Source of the DNA: an uncultured Candidatus Saccharibacteria bacterium
GTDB lineage: Bacteria; Patescibacteriota; Minisyncoccia; Phycocordibacterales; UBA9973
Assembly: GCA_964505155.1 (NCBI GenBank)
Contig: CAZDGL010000003.1
Span: 5,728 to 69,727, forward strand
DNA length: 64,000 bases
Direction: 5' to 3'
Under the pieces are notes generated by a model. That model made no database searches. It saw only the letters and a list, made by a program, of their open reading frames with translations, and had not been told where the DNA came from. Position numbers and translations under genes: made by a program. Shown here piece by piece: positions 33,790 to 43,107 of this stretch; positions within the stretch are counted from its first letter, which is position 1, and the number at the start of each line of letters is the position of its first letter.

Positions 33790-36456
33790 ATGCTACAATC
33801 GCTTATATTTATGAAGAAAGAGAGCCAAAAAAAAGAAGAAACACAAGGGCTTATTGTAGTTAAAGGGGCTCGGACCCATAACCTCAAAAATGTCTCTGTC
33901 GAAATGCCGAGAGGTAAGATGATTGCTATTACTGGACTCTCTGGTAGTGGCAAGAGTTCTTTGGCTTTCGATACTATTTTTGCTGAAGGACAGCGTCGTT
34001 ATGTGGAGAGCCTATCTTCATATGCAAGGCAATTTTTGAATCAAATGCCCAAGCCTGATGTGGACGAAATCTCTGGTCTTTCACCAGCTATTTCTATCGA
34101 TCAAAAGTCTCGCTCCAACAACCCTCGATCTACTGTTGCGACCATCACTGAGATGTATGACTACATGCGTGTTCTTTATGCACGTGTCGGCAAGGCGTAT
34201 TGTCCGGTTTGCGGCACTCTTATCCAAAAACTCTCTCCAGAAGAAATCAACACTTTTATTCTTGGAAAGATTAAAGATTTTTCTAAAAAGAAAAATCCGC
34301 CAGCTGGAGGAAAATCTGTTATGGGAGTTTCTTGGAATGACACTCGCATCCAAATCTACGCTCCTATTGTTCGTGGAAGAAAAGGTGAATACTACCAACT
34401 CCTTTATGATCTTATCGGTAAAGGCTTTAGTACTGTGCGCATCGATGGCAAGATTCACAAACTTCGAGAGCGTATAGAGCTCAAGAAAAATGATAAGCAC
34501 ACTATCGAAGTCTTGGTAGACGAACTTGCAGTACATGAATTCAAAGACAGCCCTAGAGATGCCGAGCTTCGCCTTTTTGAAGCAACAGAGCGAGCGCTCC
34601 TAGAAGCTGATGGCTTGGTACAGGTAGTCTTTGGTGTTTCCGAAGACTTTGATATGCAGACAGAACCTCTTCAAGAGTTTTTGATGTCTTCCAAGTTTTC
34701 TTGTCCAAATGATGGATATTCTTTCCCTGAAATAGAGCCAAGACTATTTTCTTTCAACTCTCCTTATGGAGCTTGTCCAGAGTGTAATGGTATCGGAACT
34801 AAGTTCTTCGGTGGGACTGAAGCATGTGAAGTCTGTGGTGGCAAAAGACTTCGTCCAGAAGCATTAAATGTATTTCTAGATTCTGGTAAAAAGAAAACCA
34901 ATATAGTTGATCTGACTTCTTTTTCTGTTGAAGAAGCATTTGAATTTTTTGGATCTCTTAAACTCTCTGCCAAAGACATGGAGGTTGCCAAAGCCGTACT
35001 TAAAGAAATAGAAGACCGACTCAACTTTTTATTAAATGTGGGGCTCAACTACTTGGCTTTATCTCGTACCGCCAACACTCTCTCTGGAGGAGAAGCACAA
35101 CGTATCAGACTAGCCTCACAGCTCGGTTCTCGCCTTGTCGGAGCGATGTATGTACTGGACGAGCCAACTATTGGACTTCATCAAAGAGACAATGAAAGAT
35201 TGATTCGTACTTTGGAAGATCTGCGTGATGTCGGCAATACTATCTTGGTTGTTGAGCACGATGAAGATACCATTTATGCTTCTGATTATTTGGTAGATAT
35301 TGGTCCTGGTGCTGGGGTTCATGGTGGGCAAGTTATAGTCTCAGGCTATCTAGACAAACTTCTTTCTGCCAAGAAAAACGAAAGTGGCTCTCGTACACTT
35401 GCTTATTTGCGCAAAGAAGAAGAGATAGAGACACCAGAGAAACGTCGTGATGTAGATAAAGGCATGCTCAAGATAGTTGGAGCAAATCTTCACAACATTC
35501 ACAATCAAAACATCGATGTGCCACTTGGTAAAATGGTTTGTATCACCGGAGTCTCTGGTAGTGGCAAGAGTACATTTCTTTATGAAATTCTTTATAAGAA
35601 TCTTCAAGCTCGTTTTGAACGCAAGCTTCGTAGTGCCAAAGTTTACAACTGTGCATCTTTTACTGGTACTGAGTATCTCGCTCGCGCTATTATGATAGAT
35701 CAGTCGCCAATAGGTCGCACTCCGAGAAGCAACATTGCAACTTACACCGGAGCCTTCACTCATATCCGAGATATCTTTGCTCAAACAGAAGAAGCTAGAC
35801 TACGTGGCTGGAAGGTCAATAGATTTTCTTTTAATGTCAAAGGTGGCAGGTGTGAAGCTTGTGAAGGTAATGGCGAGATAGCTGTAGAGATGCACTTTTT
35901 GCCGACCGTGTATGTGACTTGTGATGTTTGTGGTGGAAAACGTTTTGACAAAGAAACTTTGACAGTCAAATACAAACGTAAAAATATTTACGATGTTCTT
36001 CAGATGTCTGTTGAAGAAGGTTTGGAGTTTTTTGCTGATATTCCTGCTGTTTACGATAGACTTAAGACTCTCTCTGAAGTAGGGCTCGGTTATGTGAAGC
36101 TTGGTCAAAGCGCGACCACTCTCTCAGGTGGAGAAGCACAGCGTGTTAAAATTGCCTCAGAACTTTATCGTCCATATCTCGAAAAGACTATCTACCTACT
36201 TGATGAACCAACTGTTGGGCTACACTATGATGATGTTAAAAATCTTATAGGAGTTTTAAACAGGCTTGTCGCCAAAGGCAACACTGTTGTTGTGATCGAA
36301 CACAACCTCGACCTTATCAAATGTGCTGATCATCTTATAGACTTTGGTCCCGAAGGGGGGATAGCAGGAGGCAAAATAATTGCCAAAGGTACCCCAGAAG
36401 AAGTCGCAAACAATAAACACAGTTTTACAGGAGAGTATTTAAAAAAGATTTTATAA
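33790..36456 (+). CDS. uvrA: Excinuclease ABC subunit A
   Basis: GARTHNLKN start motif, two ABC ATPase modules (GLSGSGKSSL; GVSGSGKSTF), Zn-finger Cys clusters. The alternative ATG at 33811 (MKKESQ...) may be the true start. Confidence 0.95.
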   Translation: MLQSLIFMKKESQKKEETQGLIVVKGARTHNLKNVSVEMPRGKMIAITGLSGSGKSSLAFDTIFAEGQRRYVESLSSYARQFLNQMPKPDVDEISGLSPAISIDQKSRSNNPRSTVATITEMYDYMRVLYARVGKAYCPVCGTLIQKLSPEEINTFILGKIKDFSKKKNPPAGGKSVMGVSWNDTRIQIYAPIVRGRKGEYYQLLYDLIGKGFSTVRIDGKIHKLRERIELKKNDKHTIEVLVDELAVHEFKDSPRDAELRLFEATERALLEADGLVQVVFGVSEDFDMQTEPLQEFLMSSKFSCPNDGYSFPEIEPRLFSFNSPYGACPECNGIGTKFFGGTEACEVCGGKRLRPEALNVFLDSGKKKTNIVDLTSFSVEEAFEFFGSLKLSAKDMEVAKAVLKEIEDRLNFLLNVGLNYLALSRTANTLSGGEAQRIRLASQLGSRLVGAMYVLDEPTIGLHQRDNERLIRTLEDLRDVGNTILVVEHDEDTIYASDYLVDIGPGAGVHGGQVIVSGYLDKLLSAKKNESGSRTLAYLRKEEEIETPEKRRDVDKGMLKIVGANLHNIHNQNIDVPLGKMVCITGVSGSGKSTFLYEILYKNLQARFERKLRSAKVYNCASFTGTEYLARAIMIDQSPIGRTPRSNIATYTGAFTHIRDIFAQTEEARLRGWKVNRFSFNVKGGRCEACEGNGEIAVEMHFLPTVYVTCDVCGGKRFDKETLTVKYKRKNIYDVLQMSVEEGLEFFADIPAVYDRLKTLSEVGLGYVKLGQSATTLSGGEAQRVKIASELYRPYLEKTIYLLDEPTVGLHYDDVKNLIGVLNRLVAKGNTVVVIEHNLDLIKCADHLIDFGPEGGIAGGKIIAKGTPEEVANNKHSFTGEYLKKIL

Positions 36457-37314
36457 ATGATTTCAAAAGAAGTTTTATCAAGAGCCAAAGCAATAACCAA
36501 GCTTTATGGCCGAGGATTTTATCGGGCTTCTTTTTTGTTTCCCAAAAAGACAAGAGAAGCTACTTGGGTGCTTTATGCTTTTGTGCGCATACCGGACGAG
36601 ATGGTAGATAGTGAACCTGACAAAAGCGTCGCCAAAGCTAGTTTAGAAAAATGGATGGTAGATTGGGAAAAGGTAGTAAGAGGATCAAAAGAGCAAAGTG
36701 TAGATCCTATACTTTTTGCTGCCAAAGAAGTTTTTGATGAATATAAGATAGATATCAAATACAGTTATGATTTTTTCTCATCAATGCATCAAGATTTAGA
36801 AACTACTAGATATCATTCTTATAAAGAACTAGAGAGTTATATGTATGGCTCCGCAAGTGTTATCGGCATTATGATGAGCCACATCATCGGTTTTAAACAA
36901 GGCGCTTTGCCTTATGCTAAAAGCTTAGGAGAAGCTTTTCAGCTCATCAACTTTTTACGCGACACACAAGATGATTATAGAACTCGTGGAAGAATCTATA
37001 TACCAAAGGAAGATATGGATAGGTTTGGTGTCTCAGAAGATCATATAAAAAACAGTATTAACGATAGCGCGTGGAAAGCCCTGATGAGTTTTGAGGTTGC
37101 TAGAGCAAAAGGTTTACTTGAAGAAGGAAGAAAAGGTATACCACTTTTAAATGGAAGAGGACAAAAGGCTGTATATGCGTCATATCTTATATATAAAAAG
37201 CTTTTGGAAGAAATAGAACGCTTGGATTATGACACTTTTTCAAGACGTGTTGTTATTAGTCCGCTTGATAAGACAATGCTATTATTGAAAGCACTATGGA
37301 ACAAAAGTCTGTAA
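36457..37314 (+). CDS. crtB: Phytoene/squalene synthase family protein (phytoene synthase-like)
   Basis: YGRGFYRASFLFP...WVLYAFVRIPDEMVD Asp-rich motif region of trans-isoprenyl diphosphate synthases (head-to-head). The start overlaps the uvrA stop (taaatg). Confidence 0.75.
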   Translation: MISKEVLSRAKAITKLYGRGFYRASFLFPKKTREATWVLYAFVRIPDEMVDSEPDKSVAKASLEKWMVDWEKVVRGSKEQSVDPILFAAKEVFDEYKIDIKYSYDFFSSMHQDLETTRYHSYKELESYMYGSASVIGIMMSHIIGFKQGALPYAKSLGEAFQLINFLRDTQDDYRTRGRIYIPKEDMDRFGVSEDHIKNSINDSAWKALMSFEVARAKGLLEEGRKGIPLLNGRGQKAVYASYLIYKKLLEEIERLDYDTFSRRVVISPLDKTMLLLKALWNKSL

Positions 37315-38801
37315 TCATAATAGGAGCAGGTATAGGAGGCTTGGCTTTGGCCGGCATGCTTGGAAAAGCTGGTTACAAAGTTACAATCATAGAAAAAAAC
37401 GAAATGGTTGGTGGGCGTGCGCGTATATTTTCTGACAAAGGATTTATGTTTGATATGGGTCCAAGCTGGTACATGATGCCGGATGTCTTTGAACACTTTT
37501 TTGAAATAATGTCTGAGGATATAAAGAGTCACTATCATTTAGAAAGACTTTCTCCCTCTTATCAGATAACCCTCAAGAGCGATGGGAAGAGTTATAAGTT
37601 TTATTCTGATATGACTAAAAACAAAGCTCTTTTTGAAAGCATCGAATCAGGAGCAGGCGAAGTGCTTGAGAAGTTTTTGGCTGAAACAAAATGGCAATAC
37701 GAACTTTCAAAGAGCGAGTTTATGTACAAAAACTACAACTCTGTTCGTGACTTTATGACTCTTAGGATTATGCGTCAGGGCGCCAAGCTTCCTCTTTTTA
37801 AAAAACAAAAACAAATCATCGAAAAGAAATTTAAAAGTGAAATTCTTCGTAAGGCTCTTCAGTATCAAACAGTGCTTCTCGGTACTGCTCCAGGAGATAC
37901 GCCTGGGATTTATACTCTGATGAACTATGTCGACCTTGTTCTCGGTGAATGGTACCCATCGGGTGGCATCAGAGCTATCCCAAACTCTCTCGAAAAAATT
38001 GCCAAAAAGTACGGGGCAGAAATAATACTAAACACACCAGTCAAAGAAATATTGGTTCAAAACAACCTCGCAAAAGGTGTGCTTTTGGAAAATGGCCATA
38101 CTTTAAACGCAGATATCGTTGTTTCTAATGCAGACATTTGGCATACCGATACAAAGCTTCTTCCTCAAGCATTTCGTACCAAGAGCGACAAATACTGGAA
38201 CTCACGCGTTTTGGCGCCGAGCGCATTTATTATCTATCTCGGAGTCAAAGGTAAGCTTCCACAAATGGAGCATCACAATCTTCTTTTTACCAAAAATTGG
38301 GAAGAGGGCTTTGGTCAAATATTCAAACATCCTGAGTGGCCTCATGACCCTTCTATGTATATCTGTGTTCCAAGTAAAACAGATCTATCTGTCGCTCCTA
38401 TTGGTGATGAAAATCTTTTTGTGTTAGTTCCTATAGCTTCAGGGCTTGAGTATACAGAAGACTTTGCCAAAGAATACGGAGATAAAGTCCTTGGTGAAAT
38501 AGCGCAGTATTACAACATCCCCGATCTTAAAGAGCGCATCGTTGTGAGGCACCACTACAGCGTCAAAGACTTTATGGCTGATTACAATGCTTTCAAAGGC
38601 ACAGCACTCGGGCTTGCGCATACACTCACACAAACCGCTATTTTCCGTCCCAACAATGTCCATCCTAAAATCAAAAATATGTACTATGTCGGAGCGGGAA
38701 CAAATCCAGGTATTGGTATGCCTATATGTCTCATTTCAGCCGAGCTTGCATATAAGCGTATAGAAAATATTACCCACCCATTTCCGCTTGAGAAAATATA
38801 A
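37296..38801 (+). CDS. crtI: Phytoene desaturase family FAD-dependent oxidoreductase
   Basis: N-terminal Rossmann motif VIIIGAGIGGLALAGMLGKAGYKVTIIEKNEMVGGRA; ~500 aa; overlaps the crtB 3' end by 19 nt. Confidence 0.8.
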   Translation: MEQKSVIIIGAGIGGLALAGMLGKAGYKVTIIEKNEMVGGRARIFSDKGFMFDMGPSWYMMPDVFEHFFEIMSEDIKSHYHLERLSPSYQITLKSDGKSYKFYSDMTKNKALFESIESGAGEVLEKFLAETKWQYELSKSEFMYKNYNSVRDFMTLRIMRQGAKLPLFKKQKQIIEKKFKSEILRKALQYQTVLLGTAPGDTPGIYTLMNYVDLVLGEWYPSGGIRAIPNSLEKIAKKYGAEIILNTPVKEILVQNNLAKGVLLENGHTLNADIVVSNADIWHTDTKLLPQAFRTKSDKYWNSRVLAPSAFIIYLGVKGKLPQMEHHNLLFTKNWEEGFGQIFKHPEWPHDPSMYICVPSKTDLSVAPIGDENLFVLVPIASGLEYTEDFAKEYGDKVLGEIAQYYNIPDLKERIVVRHHYSVKDFMADYNAFKGTALGLAHTLTQTAIFRPNNVHPKIKNMYYVGAGTNPGIGMPICLISAELAYKRIENITHPFPLEKI

Positions 38802-38931
38802 AAACCCGATCTCTCGGGCTTTTTACACTAGCTGTTTATATGCCAGGTAGCTAGTTCTGCTGGGGTCTTTATACACCGACAATTACTTTTTTTAATACTA
38901 CTAATTTCTATATAAAAATCAAATTTAAGAT

Positions 38932-39792
38932 CTAGAAAATATTCTTGGCAAAAAGTTCCATTGAGACTAGAGCGCCGATGAGGGTGTTAATGAGTGGGAA
39001 GTAGGTATAGAGCTTAAAGAGTGCTTCAGGTGTCTTTGCTCTTTGGCTACGCCACATAAAATATGAAAATGTTATGACGCCTATGATAGAAGCTATAGGT
39101 ATGATGTCTCGCACGAGATATCCAGCAAATGCATAGAGGAACCAGCACAGAGCAATAGTGCGTCTCTCGCCAATCATGATAGCGATAGTATGTAGCCCTG
39201 CTTGTAGGTCTGCTTTGATGTCAGGCACTGCGCTATAGGCATGCATTGCTATAGCCCAACACATTCCAGCAATCACGCCGACAGCAGGGAAGGCTACTCC
39301 TCCGGCAAGATAATATCCAAACACACCAGTTGCCACGTAGTGCCCAGCAGAAAATAGTGAGTCTATAACAGGTTTGGCTTTGGCTCGTATCGGACTTGCA
39401 GAATAAAACGATGCAAAAAATACAAAGGCAAAAAAAGAAATAAGTAGAGGAGTATAAAGTGAAAAGAATATAAGAAAAAAGAAAAAAGGAATATTGGTCC
39501 ATATTATCCAACGCCAAAGTGCTCGCTGTCTCTCAGGGGGCACGAGTGCTTCGTAAGCATTGTCACCTTTTTTGGGGTTGAGTTTGTCTGTCTCATAATC
39601 AAAGATATCGTTGATACCATATATCAAGATATTTGCTGGGATTAGGAAGTATAGTGCAAATACCCAGTACCTCCAGTCTGAGAAAAAAGACAGTCCTTGT
39701 AGTGCCCCTACTGTACCCACAAGTCCAAATGTTGCTGCTTCATAAAGCCAAAAACGTGGTCTAGATATTTTGATAACTTCTTTGAATTTCAT
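38932..39792 (-). CDS. UbiA-family polyprenyltransferase (possible lycopene elongase / prenyltransferase)
   Basis: Multi-TM protein with Asp-rich motif NDIFDYETDKLN (first UbiA motif) and a second D-rich region; convergent with crtI. Confidence 0.75.
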   Translation of the reverse strand: MKFKEVIKISRPRFWLYEAATFGLVGTVGALQGLSFFSDWRYWVFALYFLIPANILIYGINDIFDYETDKLNPKKGDNAYEALVPPERQRALWRWIIWTNIPFFFFLIFFSLYTPLLISFFAFVFFASFYSASPIRAKAKPVIDSLFSAGHYVATGVFGYYLAGGVAFPAVGVIAGMCWAIAMHAYSAVPDIKADLQAGLHTIAIMIGERRTIALCWFLYAFAGYLVRDIIPIASIIGVITFSYFMWRSQRAKTPEALFKLYTYFPLINTLIGALVSMELFAKNIF

Positions 39793-39851
39793 AAATAGAT
39801 ATTACCACAAATAAAACCACCCTCATTGGCTTGAGGGGGTAGTTTTGTTTA

Positions 39852-40025
39852 TTTAATATTTTTTACTACTGCAAAACCAGGTTCTGTTTCTACAGTACTC
39901 ACTTTTTCTACTTTTTCTTTAAAGCTCAGAGGGTACTTTTTGCTTTCCTCTAATGCCTTGAAGGACACAAAGATGACAGAACCTATAATGAGGAGAAGTA
40001 CTCCTACAAAGCTATAGGTTTTCAT
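39852..40025 (-). CDS. Possible 57-aa membrane micropeptide
   Basis: ATG start, N-terminal TM (SFVGVLLLIIGSVIFVSF), not in the ORF track because it is shorter than 60 aa. Confidence 0.25.
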
Positions 40026-40095
40026 GTTGATTGTTTTTATAATTATATAACAAAATAAATACTTTCACTTACTATTTTATCATATAATTAGTGAT

Positions 40096-40124
40096 TTGTC
40101 AAGTCAAAAAATACTTGCTATGCT
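40096..40124 (+). promoter_or_regulatory. Candidate promoter TTGTCA-17-TATGCT for uvrC
   Basis: Hexamers at 40096-40101 and 40119-40124, 12 nt before the ATG. Confidence 0.3.
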
Positions 40125-40135
40125 AAACTTGTTTT

Positions 40136-41380
40136 ATGATTCGTCAAGATTTAGACAAATTAAAATTGCCTGAAACTCCGGGTGTATATGTCTGGCGTGA
40201 TAAGGAGGGCAAGATTTTGTATATAGGTAAGGCTACATCACTTCGCGATCGTGTGCGGAGTTATTTTGCGCCTGACGTGATCAAGGCTCGCGGTGCTCAT
40301 ATCGTTGATATGGTATTTAAGGCCTCTACAGTGACTTATCAAGAAACCATGAATGCTCTTGAAGCCTTGATACTTGAAGCCAACCTTATCAAGCGCTATA
40401 AGCCTTATTACAATACCAAAGAAAAAGACGACAAAAGCTTTAACTGTGTGGCTATTACCAAGGAACCATTTCCAAAAGTCATTCTCGTCCGTCAAAAGGA
40501 TATAGATACCAAAAACAAAACAGTCAAAGTTTTGCGTGATCCAAAACCTATATCTTACGATACTGTTTTTGGCCCATATCCGAAGGGTTCTTCTATCAAA
40601 GAGGCCCTCCGAATACTACGCCGGATTTTTCCATTTAGAGATATCGTTTCTTCCAAAAAAGATAACACTGTCTTTTATCGCCAAATCGGTCTTGCTCCAG
40701 ATACTGCTTCTACAGAAGCAGAGCTCATGTACAAGAAGACTATAAGTCGACTCAAGATGATCTTTGAAGGCAAGTATCAAAAGCTTTTGAGTGCTTTGAA
40801 AAAGGATATGATGGTCGCTGCCAAGCGTGAGCAGTTTGAGCTGGCAAATGAGTTAAAGCAAAAAGTCTTTGCCTTGGAACATATCCAAGATATTTCTTTG
40901 ATCAAGAGAGATTTGTCTTCAAGTATCTCTGGTGAGCAGTTTCGTATCGAGGCTTATGATGTCGCGCATATCTCTGGCAAGCAAATGGTCGGTGTGATGA
41001 CGGTGGTCACAAATGCTGTAGCTGACAAAAATGAATATCGAAAGTTTGTTATCAAAGGCTTTGAAAAAGCAAATGATGCTGGAGCACTCCGAGAAATCCT
41101 AACAAGACGCTTTGCTCATCCAGAGTGGACTTTGCCAAATGCCATAGTAGTAGACGGTAATGCTATCCAAATAAATGTAGCTAAAGAAGTTTTGAAAGAA
41201 TTAAATCTAAAAATAGAAATCATTGCTGTTACCAAAGATGAACGTCACAGAGCCAAAGCCATAACAGGGAAAAAAGAGATAGTCGAAGCTCGTAAATACG
41301 ACATTTTGCTAGCCAACTCTGAAGCCCACAGATTTGCTATATCTTTCCACAAGCAAAGACGCAAAAACGCCTTTAAATAA
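40136..41380 (+). CDS. uvrC: Short UvrC-like excinuclease (GIY-YIG plus RNase H-like endonuclease domain; lacks the C-terminal (HhH)2)
   Basis: GIY-YIG block GVYVWRDKEGKILYIGKATSLRDRVRSYF; central UvrB-binding-like helix; C-terminal ...NSEAHRFAISFHKQRR matches the UvrC endonuclease-domain motif. Only 414 aa versus ~600 for canonical UvrC. Confidence 0.8.
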   Translation: MIRQDLDKLKLPETPGVYVWRDKEGKILYIGKATSLRDRVRSYFAPDVIKARGAHIVDMVFKASTVTYQETMNALEALILEANLIKRYKPYYNTKEKDDKSFNCVAITKEPFPKVILVRQKDIDTKNKTVKVLRDPKPISYDTVFGPYPKGSSIKEALRILRRIFPFRDIVSSKKDNTVFYRQIGLAPDTASTEAELMYKKTISRLKMIFEGKYQKLLSALKKDMMVAAKREQFELANELKQKVFALEHIQDISLIKRDLSSSISGEQFRIEAYDVAHISGKQMVGVMTVVTNAVADKNEYRKFVIKGFEKANDAGALREILTRRFAHPEWTLPNAIVVDGNAIQINVAKEVLKELNLKIEIIAVTKDERHRAKAITGKKEIVEARKYDILLANSEAHRFAISFHKQRRKNAFK

Positions 41381-41398
41381 AGGTTTTTTGGAAAGTAC

Positions 41399-41427
41399 TT
41401 GACAAAAAAGTATATATAAGCTATGAT
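41399..41427 (+). promoter_or_regulatory. Strong sigma70-type promoter TTGACA-17-TATGAT
   Basis: ttgaca at 41399-41404, exactly 17 nt, tatgat at 41422-41427; just downstream of the uvrC stop. Confidence 0.55.
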
Positions 41428-41434
41428 AATAAAA

Positions 41435-42020
41435 AAGTTATTTATATGCTAAAAAACGATTTATCATTTTGGGTTTGAAGGGGAAAGCAAAAAGAAACTT
41501 TCCAGTCTTCACCTAGTTACTTGGTAACAAAAATACATGTTTCAGAGCCAAAGATACACTAATTTGGGCCAGAATCTGAGCTTATATTTAAAATGGTAAG
41601 TAAGTATTATCAATAGTTAGATATGTTTCTAATCAGACTCCTACGAGTACAGAGTCTATGTGTCGTTGGGTCAATTAAAAAGTTCCTCAATGATTAACAT
41701 GATAGGTCTGGGACCAATTACGCCACCTCGTAAAAAGCGGCGTTATCTGTAGATTACATATCCTCTTTGTTGAAAGTTGCGATCGCAATAAGTAAGCAAT
41801 GCAGTTTTAAGTAGTAAAACCGAGCTGTGATTCTCTGGATAGAATCGTTATGTGTTAACAAACAGCGCTTTTTGTTTCAAACCACGTTTTGTGGAAATCA
41901 AAAAGAGGTTCAAGGACTTATTACCGAAAATACTGAGAAGAGTTTAGTGAACACTACCTGATCAGTACACTAAGCCAAACAAAAGAAACTTAACAAAACC
42001 TCGATATTCGGGGTTTTTTA
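41435..42020 (+). ncRNA. Candidate ~590-nt non-coding transcript (unidentified structured RNA or long leader) between the promoter at 41399 and the terminator at 41995
   Basis: No ATG ORF longer than 24 codons on the + strand across ~600 nt in an otherwise tightly packed window; bracketed by a consensus promoter and an intrinsic terminator. RNase P RNA CR-I/CR-IV motifs and a tmRNA tRNA-like end were looked for and not found. Confidence 0.3.
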
Positions 42021-42026
42021 TTTACC
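41995..42026 (+). terminator. Rho-independent terminator
   Basis: 9-bp stem aaaacctcg/cggggtttt with loop atatt, followed by ttttatttac; 30 nt upstream of the ATG at 42056. Confidence 0.65.
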
Positions 42027-42055
42027 TCAGGGTTTAAATGTTGTAAAATACAAGT

Positions 42056-43105
42056 ATGAATACATCTAAGAAGATTTGGGTTATTGTTGTTTTTTCTGTA
42101 GTTATTTTGACTTCTGGGTTTTTGACTTCTATTTTTTTGACCAGCAAAATAGATAGAGAACAAAGAGAACAGCTTTTGATAGATGCCAAGCAGGCTGCGC
42201 TTTTGGTGCCGACTTCTACTCTTAGCACTCTTTCAGCTAGTCCTTCTGATGTTGGCAACCCTCTTTATTCAGAAATGAAAGAAAAGCTAATGATGTTTCG
42301 CCAGTACAATCCACAAAACCGCTTCGTCTATGTTTTGGGCTATAAACCAGAAATCAAAAAACAGTTTTTCTTTGTAGACTCAGAACCTGTCTCTTCTAGT
42401 GACTATTCAGCTCCAGGTGCCCTTTTTCCAGATACAAGAGAAAAAGATATAGAAAATTATCTCAAAGGTGAAGCTTATACCGATGGACCTTATAGTGATA
42501 GTTGGGGTGAATGGGTCTCTGGTTATGCACCTATCAAAGATAATAGTGGAGAAATGATAGGGCTTTTGGGTATAGATACAGCAACTAGCATTTGGCATGA
42601 GCAAATAGGTTTTGTGCGCACTGTTGTTTTGCTTATATCAATACTGCTTTGTTTGTTGTTTGGTTTTATAGTCTATGTTTTAAACAAAAAGCAAAGCTCT
42701 ATCAATACCTTGGTAAAAGAAAACCAAAATCTTTATAACAAAGAAAATAAATTTAAAGAAATGCAGGATTTGGCTCACTTAGGAAGGATCTCTGTTTATT
42801 TTCCAGAGCAAACTTTTGTTTTTGATGGCGCGATAACCAAAAGCCTAGCTATATCTGATGGGGAGAGGCTTAGTAAAGAAGATTTTTCAAATTTTATAAA
42901 AGATTCTGACAAAGATAAGCTTCAAAGTTTCTTGGACTCTTTTAAGGAGACCAAAGATGTCTATGGATGGCTTGATATAGCGCTTGGAACAAAAGATCGA
43001 GGTTATAGAACATTTCATATCTATGGCAACTTACAGAGAGATGAACTACTGGCGCCAAAGAAATTCTCTGGTATCATCCAAGACATTACTGACATAAACA
43101 ATTAA
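42056..43105 (+). CDS. Membrane protein with two TM helices flanking an extracytoplasmic sensor-like domain and a cytoplasmic coiled coil
   Basis: TM1 IWVIVVFSVVILTSGFLTSIFL, ~160-aa extracellular region, TM2 VVLLISILLCLLFGFIVYVL, then a helical C-terminal region. No kinase or output domain. Confidence 0.5.
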   Translation: MNTSKKIWVIVVFSVVILTSGFLTSIFLTSKIDREQREQLLIDAKQAALLVPTSTLSTLSASPSDVGNPLYSEMKEKLMMFRQYNPQNRFVYVLGYKPEIKKQFFFVDSEPVSSSDYSAPGALFPDTREKDIENYLKGEAYTDGPYSDSWGEWVSGYAPIKDNSGEMIGLLGIDTATSIWHEQIGFVRTVVLLISILLCLLFGFIVYVLNKKQSSINTLVKENQNLYNKENKFKEMQDLAHLGRISVYFPEQTFVFDGAITKSLAISDGERLSKEDFSNFIKDSDKDKLQSFLDSFKETKDVYGWLDIALGTKDRGYRTFHIYGNLQRDELLAPKKFSGIIQDITDINN

Positions 43106-43107
43106 CA

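Noticed and set aside
33759-33953. N-terminal 65-aa extension of the membrane protein ORF (track start 33953)
   Set aside because: The extension overlaps the uvrA promoter/start region, and the protein has a clean signal/TM start at the ATG at 33758.
34081-34536. 151-aa minus-strand ORF (and other small ORFs 34553-36108) inside uvrA
   Set aside because: Antisense to uvrA with no motifs; uvrA identification is unambiguous.
41435-42020. RNase P RNA or tmRNA identity for the ORF-free transcript
   Set aside because: Looked for P4/CR-I (GGAAAGUCCGG), CR-II (GGUGAAA...GGUAAGAGC) and CR-IV (ACAGAA.CCGGCUUA) and for a tRNA-like T-arm/acceptor 3' end: none found. Kept only as an unidentified ncRNA candidate.
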